From the NCBI GenBank assembly GCA_951406725.2, contig OX597820.1, positions 93,434,001-93,498,000 on the forward strand: DNA of 64,000 nucleotides, read 5' to 3'. The notes under the pieces are model-generated. The model did no database searches. It was not told where the DNA came from and saw only the letters and a list, made by a program, of their open reading frames with translations. The DNA is from Octopus vulgaris. Its lineage: Eukaryota. A program made the position numbers and the translations under genes. Positions within the stretch are counted from its first letter, which is position 1; each line of letters opens with the position of its first letter. Shown here piece after piece: positions 1-13,814 of this stretch.

Positions 1-105
1 TTATTATTATTCAATTTGTTCATCATGTACAAGTACATGAGTATTCATCATAATTTCTATTTATTTTATTCAATTTTAGAAACATTGAAGCATGTTTCTA
101 AAACA

Positions 106-514
106 GGCGCAGGAGTGGCTGTGTGGTAAGTAGCTTGCTAACCAACCACATGGTTCCGGGTTCAGTCCCACTGCGTGGCATCTTGGGCAAATGTCTTCTG
201 CTATAGCCCCGGGCCGACCAATGCCTTGTGAGTGGATTTGGTAGACGGAAACTGAAAGAAGCCTGTCGTATATATGTATATATATATATATATGTGTGTG
301 TGTGATTGTGTGTCTGTGTTTGTCCCCTAGCATTGCTTGACAACCGATGCTGGTGTGTTTACGTCCCTGTCACTTAGCAGTTCGGCAAAAGAGACCGATA
401 GAATAAGTACTGGGTTTACAAAGAATAAGTCCCGGGGTCGATTTGCTTGACTAAAGGCAGTGCTCCAGCATGGCCGCAGTCAAATGACTGAAACAAGTTA
501 AAGAGTAAAGAGTA
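106..514 (+). mobile_element. tRNA-derived SINE, family A (full length, internal TA/TG microsatellite)
   Basis: Head with A-box-like TGGCTGTGTGG and B-box-like GGTTCAGTCCC, (AAAGAGT)n tail; closely similar copies at 38650 (+), 46191 (-), 26361 (+), 47730 (-). Confidence 0.85.
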
Positions 515-1611
515 TGTCTTTGACAATTCTGGGCCATATATACTTAACCATAAATCTGGCTATCTATACATAGATACACACATACGCATGCACACACAAA
601 CACACACACACCCACATACATATATATTTGCAAGTGCCTTGAACTACAGCTCTGGGCCAATCAAAACCTTGTGAGTGGATTTGGTTGAAAAGAAGCCTGT
701 CATGCAAGTGTGTGTGTGTGTATGTGTGCATGCGTGTGCATGTGTATGTGTGTGCATGTGGGAGAGAAAGAAAGTGTGTGTGAGTATTTGTGTCTCCTTG
801 TCTTGACATTGCATGATTGTAGTAACTGAATGTCATTCATTTCCAATATTCTGCCAAAATATGGCTGGCTCTGGGAGAAATATTATCTTGTTTTGGAAAC
901 GGATGAAGGTTTCCAAGCAAAATAATCCTTGACAGGAAAGGCATGCAGCCATTGAACATCCACTTCAATAACACCATCCAACCCATGCAAGCATGGAAAA
1001 GTGGATATTAAAACAATGACAATAATGATGATAATAATGGTATGTGTGTGGATAGTAGGTAGATGGACAAATGTGTGTGTCTGTGTATGTGTGTTATGCC
1101 CCACTCCACTTTATGAATGAGAGAGTGAAATAAATTTGGCATCTATATAATTTTGTTTTCTTCACCATAGTGTTGAACAAGTTTTAAATATTTCAAATCA
1201 TTTCTAAAAACCAACACTAAAACACTGTTTATGTGTTCAACCCAAAATAGTAATTTAATGCAAATTTGTAGAATTACTGATTCATTATTTTTAATAGATG
1301 TGCCTTCACAGATTCTTTATAACTTGTAATTGTTTTCTGCTCTTAATTAATAACATTCCCTACCACTTGGCTTGTTCCCTTATTTCTTAGCCTTCACTTA
1401 TAATCCCATTTACATCCGGATTACATTATAGCAGTGTTTCTTCCACATGGGGAAAAAAGAGAACCCAGAGTGTTATAAGAATTGAAAACAAGGTAGATAA
1501 ATCCCCCTATTGAAAAAAAAATAAATTATGAAGCATTAAAAACTTACTTGTCCGATACTTTAGCAACAATGAAATTTACAAAGTGCTCAAGGTGTTTTTT
1601 GAGAACATGAC

Positions 1612-1616
<5 letters not shown>

Positions 1617-1658
<42 letters not shown>

Positions 1659-1770
1659 TGTGTAAAGTGCTCAGGTGCACTACAACTCATCTAAAGTGTA
1701 TATATAATCAGGTGTAGTTTCGGCGGATTTCGGAAAGCATGAGGGCCTTAAAGGATGCAGTGTGATGATC
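1617..1770 (-). mobile_element. 3' end of CR1/L2-like LINE with (ATT)n tail
   Basis: Reverse complement resembles the 3' end of the element at 12570-12855; (AAT)n tract at the terminus. Confidence 0.55.
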
Positions 1771-1789
1771 AGACCCCTTTTGGTACGTA

Positions 1790-2101
1790 AAACTGCCGGT
1801 GACACATGAAAAAACATTCAAGCAAGGTCGTTGCCAGTGCCGCTGGACTGGCTCCTGTACAGGTGGTACGTAAAAAACACCATTTGAGCGTTGCCATTGC
1901 CAGTACCGCTTGACTGGCCCTTGTGCTGGTGGCATGTAAAAGCACCCACTACACTCTCAGAGTGGTTGGCATTAGAAAGCTGTATAAACTCTGCCAGATC
2001 AGATTGGAGCCTGGTGCAGCCATCTGGTTCGGCAGTCTTCAGTCAAATCGTCCAATCCATGCTAACATGGAAAGCAGACATTAAACAATGATGATGATGA
2101 T
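1790..2101 (+). mobile_element. RTE-like LINE 3' UTR fragment (family C) with (GAT)n tail
   Basis: Modules gtgctggtggcatgtaaaagcacc and the terminal ccatgctaacatggaaagcagacattaaac(GAT)n are shared with 51658-52611. Confidence 0.75.
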
Positions 2102-2679
2102 GGTGGTGGATGCTGTAAGAGGGATGAAGCACTTGTGTGTGATGGAGATGTAACCTGTCTTTCAAAATCTAAAAGCGTTCAGCTATTTTCCCTTCATGTT
2201 TTCCCAAATAAAGCTGAGTTAATGTTTCAGCACACAGAAATATGAGCTTGGTTGGTGGTGAGGAAGAGTGACTAAGATGCATTTTAACTTGCCTAGTGTC
2301 AGTTCATAAATAAAGAGACATAAATGGTAAAGTGATCATAGAGAGGTCAACCTTCCCAACTGAAAAATGAAAATGTATCCCCACTAGAGATAAAGGAGTC
2401 AGAATCCATGCTCATGAAGCTCTGGAAATTTAACACATTTTGGCTCTTGATAATCAAAATGTCACACTGCAGTTTTACCAAACAAATTTGTGGCTTTGTA
2501 TGAGAATATCACTTATGGGATGACAAGGAAAGATTGTTAGTTGAAAGAGGGTACATAGAAAAATACGGAACGATAATGGAAGAAAAAGAAGGAAGATGCG
2601 TTTGAAAGTGAGAGGAGTAAAAAGAATAATAGGGAGAATGTGTGATGAAGGGGGAAAAACATTAAATAAAAATACACAC

Positions 2680-2891
2680 TGAAATGCTTTATTCATGTAT
2701 CCTTCAGGATAAATAATTTGTCCCCCACAGCTCTGTAGAGATTCTGCAATGAAACAGGCTGGTTTCTTTCCTTCTTTTGCTAATGCATCAACAACTGATT
2801 TAATTTCATCAGCATACATCTGGCCGAGGTCTGCGTTTTCTGGGAAGTTACAGTCTTGATACTTTCCACGATATACATCCGGACAGGGGAC
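2680..2891 (-). CDS. ETNPPL: ETNPPL-like coding exon (~212 bp; donor position less certain)
   Basis: gtctag|GTC CCC TGT CCG GAT...; VPCPDVYRGKYQDCNFPENADLGQMYADEIKSVVDALAKEGKKPACFIAESLQSCGGQIIYPEGYMNKAF. Probable donor CA|gtgtgt at 2679. The next exon (ADEVQVGFGR) is not present in 1-2679. Confidence 0.92.
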
Positions 2892-2952
2892 CTAGACAAC
2901 AGATTGCAGGAGAATACTCATATTGCCACACAGGAACATCAGGTTAAAAGTA

Positions 2953-3523
2953 TTGGGTTGTCCGGAAAGTTCGTGCCAATTTATAGTAGCTTACCTTTCG
3001 ACTTACTTTAGAACATGGTTGAGTCCATAAAATAGGATTTGACTACACCTCCATTTAGAGTACAGTTTAAGCTATCTTTACGTGGAAGAAGTTTTATGTT
3101 CCTATAACCTGTGTTAATTCTGTAACCCTTTAAAATGGAAGATAAGGAAGTTCATTTTTGGCACATGATGCTTTGAGAACCAGACAAAAATTGCTGCAGC
3201 TCGGCTGGGATGTGTTACCCCACCCTCCTTATTTACCAGATATTGCTCCTTCGGATTTCCATTTATTCAGGTCACTACAGAATAATCTTAATGGTAAAAA
3301 TTTCAATTCCTCGGATGACATGAAAAGATATCTTGATGAATTCTTTGCCATGAAACCACCTCAATTCTGGGAAGAGGGTATTTTCAAGTTAAAGGAAAGA
3401 TGGAGACGCATTGTGCAAAAAAAAATAATGGCTCATATTTGGTTGATTAAAAATGTAATGGCAGGTATTTATTGACATTTTTCTTTCTTTTAAAAATAGG
3501 CACAAACTTTCCAGACAACCCAA
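2953..3523 (+). mobile_element. Internally deleted mariner element
   Basis: TIRs TTGGGTTGTCCGGAAAGTTCGTGCC / GGCACAAACTTTCCAGACAACCCAA flanked by TA; transposase C-terminus HPPYLPDIAPSDFHLFRSLQN...GIFKLKERW; N-terminal MEDKEVHF joined by deletion. Confidence 0.92.
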
Positions 3524-4847
3524 TACTAGAAACCCTACGACAATAATATAAATTCATTTAAAATAAAAAGGCATCACAGAACTTGCTTTGGGAAAAGACA
3601 ACAACAAAAAGAAAAACATCAAACAATGCTTAGTCCTCTCTCTCACTCTTTAACCATGGCCATTAACTTACATTTATATCTTAAACTGCATCCACTTATA
3701 TCAGAGTTATATTTGTCTTCACAATTGACTTGACCTAAGATCCATGTGTTAAAACTGAACCAACTACATTGTGGAAGTGTCTTTCTATCCATTTAATGAC
3801 ACATAAAACTGCTACATTCACTTTAAACTTACAGTTAATGTGAATTTAAAAACTTTTCTCTGTTACTAAATGACTAGAATGGCTCCCCCATGATGTAGTT
3901 ACCATGCTGTCTTATGAAATATTTATTAAACATTTGAAACATATGCTCTCCGATATGGTCTTTTTTTTTCTTCATAAATGTTTAAATCACATGCTGTTGA
4001 TATTGTTGCTGTTTAACCCCAGGTCAATCTTGGTTAATAGATTTATGATGAAAGATATACCAGCTGTAACCACTTTGCATTATTAAATGCTATATAGGTC
4101 TAGACTATCTATTTATTTTTTGTTTTCATATTGCAGTTGGTGGACAACAGTACTGTTAATGACAGGTTTCCAAAAATCCAATCACTGTTTCATTTTTGAT
4201 GATGAGAGGGAGTGTCTTTGATTTGGTGCAGAATAATTATCACAAAGGATTTTGTTCAAATAGCACTGTATTATATTTACTTATTTTTCTTATTGAAGCT
4301 GACATCGATTACTAATGAACAGAAGTGCAAGCATGGTTGTAACGTTAAGAAGTTTGTTTCCCAGCCACATGGGTTTTGAGTTCAGTCCCAGTGCTTGGCA
4401 TTTTAAACAAGTGTCTTCTACTAAAGTCACAAGCTAACCAAAGCCTTGTGAATGCATTTGGTATACACGAACTGACAGAAACATGTCGTGCACATGCGTG
4501 CATGTATGTGTGGAGTTAGGAGGTATGAGAGGTGAATATAGACTCATTTAACCACATGGCTTCCATAGGGTTACAGCTGTTTTGTAACCTTCTTCATGTA
4601 GTATGCAAGAATTTACACATACATGTTTGCATTAATATGTCTGCTCGGCATTACACCATACAATTGTATATTCACAAATTAATGCAAATAAAGAAAGCTA
4701 GCTCATCAGATCACCAGAACCCCATGGTTACATCAACAGCTCAACTCTAAATATGCACAAAAAACTCACTCTTTATATTTACACTGTATGGAAGGCCAGA
4801 ACTAGACAAAGTAACATTAAATTGGTCAGTGATACTGTGGTACTATG

Positions 4848-5080
4848 AAGGCGGCGAGCTGGCAGAATCGTTAGCACGCCGGGCGAAATGCTTAGCGGTA
4901 TTTCGTCTGCCGTTACGTTCTGAGTTCAAATTCTGCCGAGGTCGACTTTACCTTTCATCCTTTCGGGGTCGATTAAATAAGTACCAGTTACGCACTGGGG
5001 TCGATGTAATCGACTTAATCCCTTTGTCTGTCCTTGTTTGTCCCCTCTGTGTGTAGCCCCTTGTGGGTAGTAAAGAAATA
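4848..5080 (+). mobile_element. tRNA-derived SINE, family B, young insertion
   Basis: A box TGGCAGAATCG, B box GAGTTCAAATTC; perfect 17-bp TSD GATACTGTGGTACTATG at 4831-4847 and 5081-5097; CpG-rich; related copies near 29720-29935 (-) and 63405-63544 (+). Confidence 0.9.
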
Positions 5081-5490
5081 GATACTGTGGTACTATGCAT
5101 TACAGAGACAATTCTTTCACATTTGAACACCTTCAGATCAAATAAGTTAAAATGCCAGATAGAAAATTAAGGCATTTACCATCCTTAATTTCAGCAAAAT
5201 AACCAGAAGAAATAACGAGAGATTATCATCATCATCGTTTAACGTCCGCTTTCCATGCTAGCATGGGTTGGACGGTTCGACTGGGATCTGGGAAGCCAGA
5301 AGGCTGCACCAGACTCAAGTCTGATCTGGCAGTGTTTCTACAGCTGGATGCCCTTCCTAATGCCAATAAAAAAAATAAAACATAAAATTATAAGCAAATA
5401 ATATTTTTAAAATTTACACAGGTAAATTTTAAAAAAAGTAATTGCACAGGTGGGTAGGCTGGTTTAGAGACAAAACAGCTGGTGATTTAA

Positions 5491-5700
5491 CCATTTAGCA
5501 TTCAAATTATTCTGTCAAATGTAATGCTTATTTATTCACACTGTTTTGAATTTATCATACATTATCGTGTGGCTTTGAGATTTCAATGATGTAATTATTT
5601 ATTTTTAAAATGACAATGTCAAATAGGTGAAGGAAGCTAGATCTGATTGGTTTGAAAATAAAACAGGTAGACTATTTTGGCCAGATTAAATGCTAAAAGG
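5491..5700. mobile_element. piggyBac-type MITE (~210-220 bp family)
   Basis: TTAA flanks with TIR CC(C)TTTAGCATT / AATGCTAAA(G)GG; homologous copies at 11550, ~17752, 27010, 27998. Confidence 0.75.
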
Positions 5701-6090
5701 TTAAAGATTCTACAGAATTCATGGATAGGTAGGTGGGGGAGTGATTCAATCTGATATCAAGAAACTATATTCTTCAACTATAAACTTTTATACAAAGTCA
5801 ACTAAGATCACAAAACATCTACAGAAGGAGTTTGGACTCTCAACAACGATATTCTCACATCACCAAGCCTCAATATGCTTTCCATACAGTGTATTAATCT
5901 GAAATAAACAAAGTACATACACAGAAACACAGCTATACAAGAATATATACATACATGTAAATACGCAAACACACTCACACATATGCATACACACATACAC
6001 ACATATATAGGAGACACAAACACATACATGTATATATTCCAAAACATACACACACACACACAAACATATCTATCTATCTATCTATCTATC

Positions 6091-6122
<32 letters not shown>

Positions 6123-6321
6123 TATACACACACATACTTGTACCTACATATATACAGAATACATATAAACACACCTACTTGTACAGGTATATAAATGTAT
6201 ACACACAATACACACAACTGTACAGATTTTTAAATATAAATATACATACATATATACACAAATCTATAAATATACATAAATACATACAACCAAATAAACA
6301 TATACATACATGTGCATGCAA

Positions 6322-6354
<33 letters not shown>

Positions 6355-6714
6355 CACACACACATCCATCCATCCATCAAATGTACAATTTAATGTACAC
6401 TCTAGAAACATAAAAGCTACTAATGCATTTTTGCTCTGAAGACATGTGGCTATACAAGTTTTTATAATGCACCTTGAGTCTCCAAGCAATCTTTAGACTC
6501 TGAGCACATGGTCTGTTCTGTTTAAAAGTCAGGATGCTGGTACATGAGAAACCATGAGAAAAAATAAAATAAAGAAAATTATTCACCTGCCTAGCTACAT
6601 GTCTTCATAACAAGAAGCTACTCGTAGCTCCTATCTTTATACAATGTATATTAAATGATATTTACCTCTCACTGGATGGAGTACATTTTTTGTTGATCTT
6701 ATTTTAATGGGACA

Positions 6715-6758
<44 letters not shown>

Positions 6759-6959
6759 TATTTAACTACACACAATACAAGCTGAAAGTAGTACACACAT
6801 TTATATGGATACACATATACATATATATATATATTCACATACATACACATGCATTCATACATACATATATAAATACATCCACACATACATATTTATATAT
6901 TCAAATAGATATGCATAGACAAAAACACACATGTATATGTGTATGTATGTATATATATA

Positions 6960-8098
6960 CAGTGGCGGCCAAAATGTTCCGAACGGCATTGTTTTCGTCA
7001 GAAAAGTAGATATACTTTTTTATCAAAGTTGTTTTATATTCTATAATTTTCACAGACAATAAATACGATATTATTTGTTATTGCCTGAGATTTTGGTGTA
7101 ATTTGAGAGAATAGTACAAAAGTTATGGATGATTTAGTGATTTACTGCAAAACCCATGGTGGCCAAAATGATCAGAACGGTTGCTTTTACTCCGTGTTTT
7201 AGTATATTTAACCGGTGAACTCTAATGTTTTGAATTTGTTTATGTGACGGTTCGTTTACTAAACATTAGTAAGAATATTTGCAGTGTACTTTGTTGATAT
7301 AATGCCACTTACTCCGTTACCAATTCGTCAGCAGATTATTAAGCTTCGAAGGAAGGATAATTTAAGTATTGGATCTATTGCAAAGATTGTTAACAAGTCA
7401 AAAAGTGTTGTACACGGTATTCTTTGGTGCGATTACATGGAAAGGTAAATGCAGGAGTTTATAAACAACTTGTAAAAGATCATGTCTTGCCTGTGCTGAG
7501 AAATTCAACTAAGCGACCACCCATATTCATGCAGGACAATGCCCCATGTCACAAGGCTAAGGTGGTCATGAACTTCCTCAAGGCTGAAAAGGTTATTGTT
7601 ATGGATTGGCCTGCTCAAAGCCCAGATCTCAATCCTATTGAAAATGTATGGAATATTCTAGGAGAACGTTCGAAAGCCAGAAATCCTAAAACAACCGAGC
7701 AATTATGGAATGCCCTTCAGGAAGAATGGAATAAGATCACCCAGCAAGAAATTGAAAATTTAATTTCCTCATGCAGTCGAAGATGTCAAAGTGTGATTGA
7801 AGCTAAAGGGCTTCACACTAAATATTAAATAATTCCAGTATTCTCTGTCAATTTTGATTATTTTGTTATTTTTTCAACTGTTCTGATCATTTTGGCCACC
7901 ATGGGTTTTGCAGTAAATCACTAAATCATCCATAGCTTTTGTATTATCCTCTCAAATTACACCAAAATCTCAGACAATAACAATTAATATTGTATTTATT
8001 GTCTGTGAAAATTATAGCATATAAAACTACTTTGATAAAAACTTATACTTACTTTTCTGACGAAAACAATGCAGTTCTGAACATTTTGGCCGCAACTG
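6960..8098 (+). mobile_element. Tc1-family (DD34E) transposon with ~220-bp IR/DR-type TIRs, internally deleted
   Basis: CAGTGGCGGCCAAAATGTTC...GAACATTTTGGCCGCAACTG; long TIRs (~6960-7182, ~7876-8098), each with an internal direct repeat GGCCAAAATG.TC.GAAC; inserted in a TA tract. Confidence 0.95.
7302..7828 (+). pseudogene. Deleted Tc1 transposase
   Basis: N-terminal HTH MPLTPLPIRQQIIKLRRKDNLSIGSIAKIVNKSKSVVHGIL joined out of frame to the catalytic C-terminus FMQDNAPCH...WPAQSPDLNPIENVW (34 residues between D and E); first catalytic D missing. Confidence 0.9.
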
Positions 8099-8145
<47 letters not shown>

Positions 8146-8295
8146 ACAAAAATATACATACATACATACAAATGCTCATATATGCAGATATAAGTACATA
8201 TAAACACACACACATATATACATACAAACATACATATAAAAACATATACATATGTACATGTGCATATATACAGACACACAAACATACAATTAGAC

Positions 8296-8549
8296 CAGTG
8301 GTTCTCAACTGGGGTCTATATGGCCCTTAAGGGTGAATAGAAGATTTTGCTGTTAAAATTTATGTACAATAAATTGGTTACACTTCTACAATACACAGAA
8401 TGTTGTAACAATTTATTAATATAATTCCTAATAACATTGAATAATAAAAATATAATAGGATTTTTTAAACATTAAATGGTTATGGGAGTCTACTCAAATA
8501 AAATAGGAATCAAAGGAATCCATAAGCAAAAAATGGTTGAGAACCACTG
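8296..8549. mobile_element. hAT (Charlie-like) MITE
   Basis: TIR CAGTGGTTCTCAAC / GTTGAGAACCACTG; degenerate 8-bp TSD aattagac / acctagac. Confidence 0.8.
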
Positions 8550-8599
8550 ACCTAGACATACCAGTATATGTAAGTATAAACACTTATGGACAGGGATAT

Positions 8600-8637
<38 letters not shown>

Positions 8638-8654
8638 ATATACACAAGCTCATG

Positions 8655-8692
<38 letters not shown>

Positions 8693-8730
8693 AAGTCCCC
8701 AGGGATAAAGAGTAAACACTTCTATTAGAT

Positions 8731-8862
8731 CAGAGGTTCTCTTTTTGGGCCATCGCCCACCTTATGCCCCCTTTTTCTCTACCGCCCCTCTAGACACTGG
8801 CATCCATCTGAATCCTTTCAATGCCCACCGGAGGGCAGTAAAGCCCACTTTGAGAACCTAAG
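8731..8862. mobile_element. hAT MITE
   Basis: CAGAGGTTCTC...GAGAACCTAAG with perfect 8-bp TSD TATTAGAT (8723-8730, 8863-8870). Confidence 0.8.
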
Positions 8863-9276
8863 TATTAGATGAACCTGTTAAAGGTAATATCATAATGTAA
8901 AATTTAAAATAAATGACCTAGTTAGAAAATAGCTAGTTAGATAATAAATCATATATAATGAACAATATCTAAGATTAAATTAATCAAGAATGAAGATGAG
9001 GAAGTTTGAAGACACAGAATGGCAGAACCTAGGGTGATCATCAAAGAGTAACAACTTCAGTTTTACTTAAATAGAATAGTAAGGCATAAAAATGTATAGG
9101 TATGAGCTGAGATGCTAAAATATATATAAGTCATTAAGTAGTTTTACACAATAGTGGAGTGACAAAATATTATCAAATATGTTACATATTACAAAGGAGA
9201 AGCTGAGTTATGGCCTTTGTTGGATAAGAAAAATAATCAATCACAATGATCAAAGTCGTAAAATTTACCAGTTTAA

Positions 9277-9497
9277 CCCTTTTGTTACTAACCCGGCTGA
9301 AACCGGCTCTGGCTCTGTAGTACAAATGTCTTGTTTGCATAAGTTTTGAATTAATATCTTTCACTAAACCTTAGTCATAATTTATGTTCCTAACACTAGA
9401 TTAATGATAACTAAGTTATTTTACTAAATTCTTTGTTATATTTAAAATAATTGAGAGAAAAACAGAGAATCTCAAAATAAATACAGTAATGAAAGGG
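9277..9497. mobile_element. piggyBac-type MITE (second family)
   Basis: TTAA|CCCTTTTGTTAC...GTAATGAAAGGG|TTAA. Confidence 0.75.
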
Positions 9498-10259
9498 TTA
9501 AGTCTAATGAGTTAACTTAAGGTTAGATATACACATAGTATATAGGAATAATTTATTTCTAAGATTCTGGAATTTTGTAATCAATTTGTTGTTTTGATTC
9601 TTTTATTCTTTTATTCTTTTGTTTCAGGCATTAGACTGCAGCCATGCTGGGATTAATAACATTCATTTTAATTCTATCAATGTGGAATACCTGATACTCC
9701 AGCATTAGTGAGATCACTAAATACTTGCATGACAAGACCCCTCAACTGAGAAGTATAGTACTGAAGGATGTGAAAGCGTGATAGAGGGACAGGTACAGTT
9801 GTTTTGCTGAAGAAATGACGAATACATAGTTTCCCCAGCTGGTAAGATAAAAAAAAAAAAAGAGAGAGACAGTGAGGACATACCTTCAGGGTACAAAGTG
9901 AATATGAGAGAGATTACTGATAGAAAAATTTAAAAGGTGTGTGAGTAGGTAAGTGTGTTAGAGTTTGAAAAGTGTGTGACGGAGGATTAGCAATGGGGAT
10001 TAAAGGGGACACCGTGAATATCAGTTTGGGTGATAGGAAGTGAAGAAAATAAGAGTGGCTCAGGAAGGAGGAGGTCGTGATAGGGATACAGTGAAAAGTG
10101 TAGGGGGATAAACAGGATCAATTATAGCAACTGAATAAATAGTACTGTAATTAGACGATTTATGGAGGGATGGGTGTCAGAAGATGAGTTGTAGAGGGAG
10201 GTTTGACAGGACATCATTTTTGCCAAGATGCATGGGTTTTCTCAAGCACAGTATATTGA

Positions 10260-10770
10260 CATTCATCATGGTCCTTTGTCATCTCTTCCAAGAGGCACAA
10301 CATTTTGAAATTGGTCTTCACTAATTCATCCACACACTCTACCCATGTTCAGCAGTCAGCACTTTATACAGCTGTCCTCATCCATCTGCATCGCATGACC
10401 ATATTAGCACAGTCTTCTTTCTTACATTCCAAATTCGATGCCTCCTATGTCCAATGTTGTCTCAGTACATTGTACTTTGTCATACATGCACACTGATGTT
10501 ACACATCCATTGGAGCATGTTAGTTTCATTTCCTTCTAGTTTTTGCCTGTTCTCTGTATTCAAGGTCCAAGGTTCACAACCATGTAGCATTACTGTTCAT
10601 ACACAAGCATCATACAATCTGCCTTTCACTCTGAGAGATAAGTTTTTTATTACCAACAGAGATAAAAAATCTCTCTGAACTTTCTCCAGTCAGTTCTTAT
10701 TCTAGCAGCTATACTTTCAGATCAATTCTCTCCACTGCTGATTAGCTTTCCTAAGTATCATAAGAGTTCT
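10260..10770 (-). mobile_element. Decayed RTE-like LINE ORF2 fragment
   Basis: Minus strand reads LSLRVKGRLYDACV*TVMLHGCEPW; the same segment recurs at ~25120-25330 (+) and ~28850-29050 (+). Confidence 0.7.
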
Positions 10771-11549
10771 ACAACCGCTGTAACTTAGGACAGCTAATTA
10801 TCTTAACAAAGGGTAAATATTTAAAACAAGATTTAATGTCAAGTGCCAGCCTCTTAACCAATGGAATCCTTCTTTTGAAATATAACTCAAAGGGCATATA
10901 TTTTGACCCTTTCTATCATTCGAGTATTCTCTCAGTGAAGCTAAGTTAATACCTTCCTGAAGTGCACTATCAATGTGAAGAGAAGTGGTTACAATGAAGA
11001 AAAGAAACCAGGTTGACGATTTTGTTTCATTAACAGCTCACCATTACAGTATGAGGGATGATTGCCACAAAATCTATTATTATATTGGTTTCACATTCTG
11101 GTACAAGGCCATCAATTTTAGGGGAAGGGCTAAGTTGATGATATTGATCCCAGTGTTCAACTGGTACTTTATTCTATCGACCCTGAAGGAATAAAAGGCA
11201 AATTTGACCTCAGAACATAAAGAGCCAGAAGAAATGTTAAGTGTTTTGTCTAGTGCACTAATGATTCAGCAAGCTTGCCACCTTAAAATTCATCATTATA
11301 TTGGAAATATAAGTCTGTTGTTAGTTTTACATTGCTAATGAAATATAAATTTCACATGCAGGTGTTATAAAATATCTAAGGCAGAATCAGTGTAAGAAAA
11401 AAGCAGACATATAATTGACCAAGTGGTTAAATTGTTTGTGTCGAACTACCAAGCTAAGCATCCAGAATATGTATACTAAGTTTCTGATACTGTTCTGAAA
11501 CTATAACCTCTACACACAACTTTCATCACCCCAGTCTGGATAACTTTAA

Positions 11550-11769
11550 CCCTTTAGCAATCAGTTTACTCTGTCAAATGTAATGCTTATTTATTCAGAC
11601 TGTTTTGAATTAATCATGCATTATCTCACAGCTTTAAAGTTTTGATGATGAGATAGTATATTTTTAGAATGACAATGTAAGGTAGATGTGAAAGTCCAGA
11701 TCTGACTGGTTTGAACATAAAACAAGTAGAATATTGTGGTTGGATATGGCTAGTTTAAATGCTAAAGGG
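11550..11769. mobile_element. piggyBac-type MITE
   Basis: TTAA|CCCTTTAGC...GCTAAAGGG; homologous to 5491-5700. Confidence 0.75.
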
Positions 11770-11817
11770 TTCAATAGGGGCCACAGAGCAACACAAAAAA
11801 AAATATTTATATTTACA

Positions 11818-12146
11818 GTAGGAGCACTCTGTCGGTTACGACAACAAGGGTCCCAGCTGATACGATCAACAGAACAGCCTGTTCATGAAATTAACATGCA
11901 AGTGACTGAGCAATCCACGGACACGTGTACCACTAATGTAGTTCTCAGGGAGATTTAGCGTGACACAAAGTGTGACAAGGCCAGCCCTTTGAAATACAGG
12001 TACAACTCATTTTTGCCAGCTGAGTGGACTGGAGCAATGTGAAATAAAGTGTCTTGCTCAAGGACACATCACGTCGCTGGGAATTGAACTCACGACCTTA
12101 CAATCGTGAGCTGAATGCCCTAACCACTAAGCCATGTGCCTTCACA
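11818..12146 (-). mobile_element. tRNA-derived SINE
   Basis: Minus-strand head with A box TGGCTTAGTGG and B box GAGTTCAATTCCC. Confidence 0.7.
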
Positions 12147-12379
12147 GTACTTTACAGTACTGTAAATATATCCCAATGCACCAACAGGCATTTAATGGCA
12201 GGTTTTTTGGTTTCATTGCATAAAATAAATAATAAATAAATGTCTTCCAGGATAGGGCACCAATCTAATCATTAGTAACACACTCCCATGAGTTGATATT
12301 TATTTCTACCATACTCTGAACATCTTGCCTCCCTGGCCATAGACAATTTAAAGCTCTGACGTTTGGCAACTGACTTGGT

Positions 12380-12811
12380 AGACACCCACAAGATTATCCA
12401 CCATCTTTCCAACAACTTCAGTCACCTTTTTGAATTCCACACATCTAACACTCATGGACATGCTTACAAAATCAAAAATCAACACAATACCCATAACATT
12501 CCAAGACATTTTTTTCACACTCAGAATTGCTGAAGCATAGAATAAACTATCTGCATCTGTTGTTAGCTGTCAAGACACTATATCCTTCAAAAAACTTCCA
12601 TATTTCCTGAAATTCACCAACAGTACACCTGATACCACAGACTTCTGTTCTTTTCTTTTTTTTTTTTTTAGACTTATTTACTGTTCACTCCCTGTGAATA
12701 TTCTATGTACTGTTCATGCAATATTGGTTATTTTTTTATGATGAGTTATGGCACACCTAAGCACTGTATATTACGAGTTCATTATTATTATTATTATTAT
12801 TATTATTAATA

Positions 12812-12845
<34 letters not shown>

Positions 12846-12855
12846 CATTATTATT
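12380..12855 (+). mobile_element. CR1/L2-like LINE 3' fragment
   Basis: Frameshifted THGHAYKIK...RHFF.LRIAEA*NKL..SVV.....SFK, typical of the CR1-type ORF2 end; (ATT)n tail at 12781-12855. Confidence 0.7.
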
Positions 12856-13382
12856 TTCTCTGATAGGAGAAGTGAGTCAATGTAAAAGCAAAGTGTTCTG
12901 TCCAGAAACACAAAAATATGACTACAGTGAATTTGAACTCACAACCTACAAAGAGGAAGTACAACAATGCATTTTATTCACTAGGCCATCTTACATGTTT
13001 AGGAAGTACAGCTCACTATTGCAAACAAGAGGATTGCATTGAAAACTTTTAAATGTAATTTGGAGAGGTGTGAGCTTCATGAGACTAACACACTTCTATA
13101 AGGCTATCAAATAACACACTTCTATAAGGCTATCAAATAAACCTTTACATCAGACAATAGATTGCATAGACTCCCTTCACACATTCACTTACCTATTCAT
13201 CCATCTTCACACAGCTTCTCATGCGTTCACTACTTTTTCATTTACTCATCCACATGAAACAAGCCACACATTCACTCACCAGACTGCTTGCTTTCTGACT
13301 CATTTACCTGTGTAATTGTAAAGTCATAACTGTTCAGGCAAAGAGATTTGAATAATAAATGAAAAATACTTTGGTTACTTAC

Positions 13383-13488
13383 GATATGGACATAAGGTGG
13401 ACAAGAGTAAAAGTCGGAAGCTTTGCTGAGTGAGTACAATTTATATGGACTGATTTCTATGAGGGAAGTCAAATGGCCGTGGTAAGCA
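13383..13488 (-). CDS. ETNPPL: ETNPPL-like coding exon (106 bp)
   Basis: tttcag|T GCT TAC CAC GGC...CAT ATC|gtaag; (H)AYHGHLTSLIEISPYKLYSLSKASDFYSCPPYVHI; YHG motif and the ETNPPL-typical SLIEISPYK. Confidence 0.96.
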
Positions 13489-13814
13489 CTGAAAGAGATG
13501 AACACAGAGTTTATAAATATAATAGATAAATGTATATATATATATATATATATATAGGGAAAGTTTACAAAAAAACAAAAGACGAAGACAGGTGGTGTAC
13601 AAAACAAACAGATGTATTAGTATATATATATATATATATATGCATGTGTGTGTGTGTGTGGATTAAAGTATGGTTTTGATTCTCAACTTTATACATTTCG
13701 TAAGCCAATATTTTACATGGAGTGCTGTTTGAGGTATCTGCCTGGATTTCCTAAAGCCCCTATTTACTCTCAAGAATGTGTGTATACACACATACACATG
13801 TATTTATTACTATA

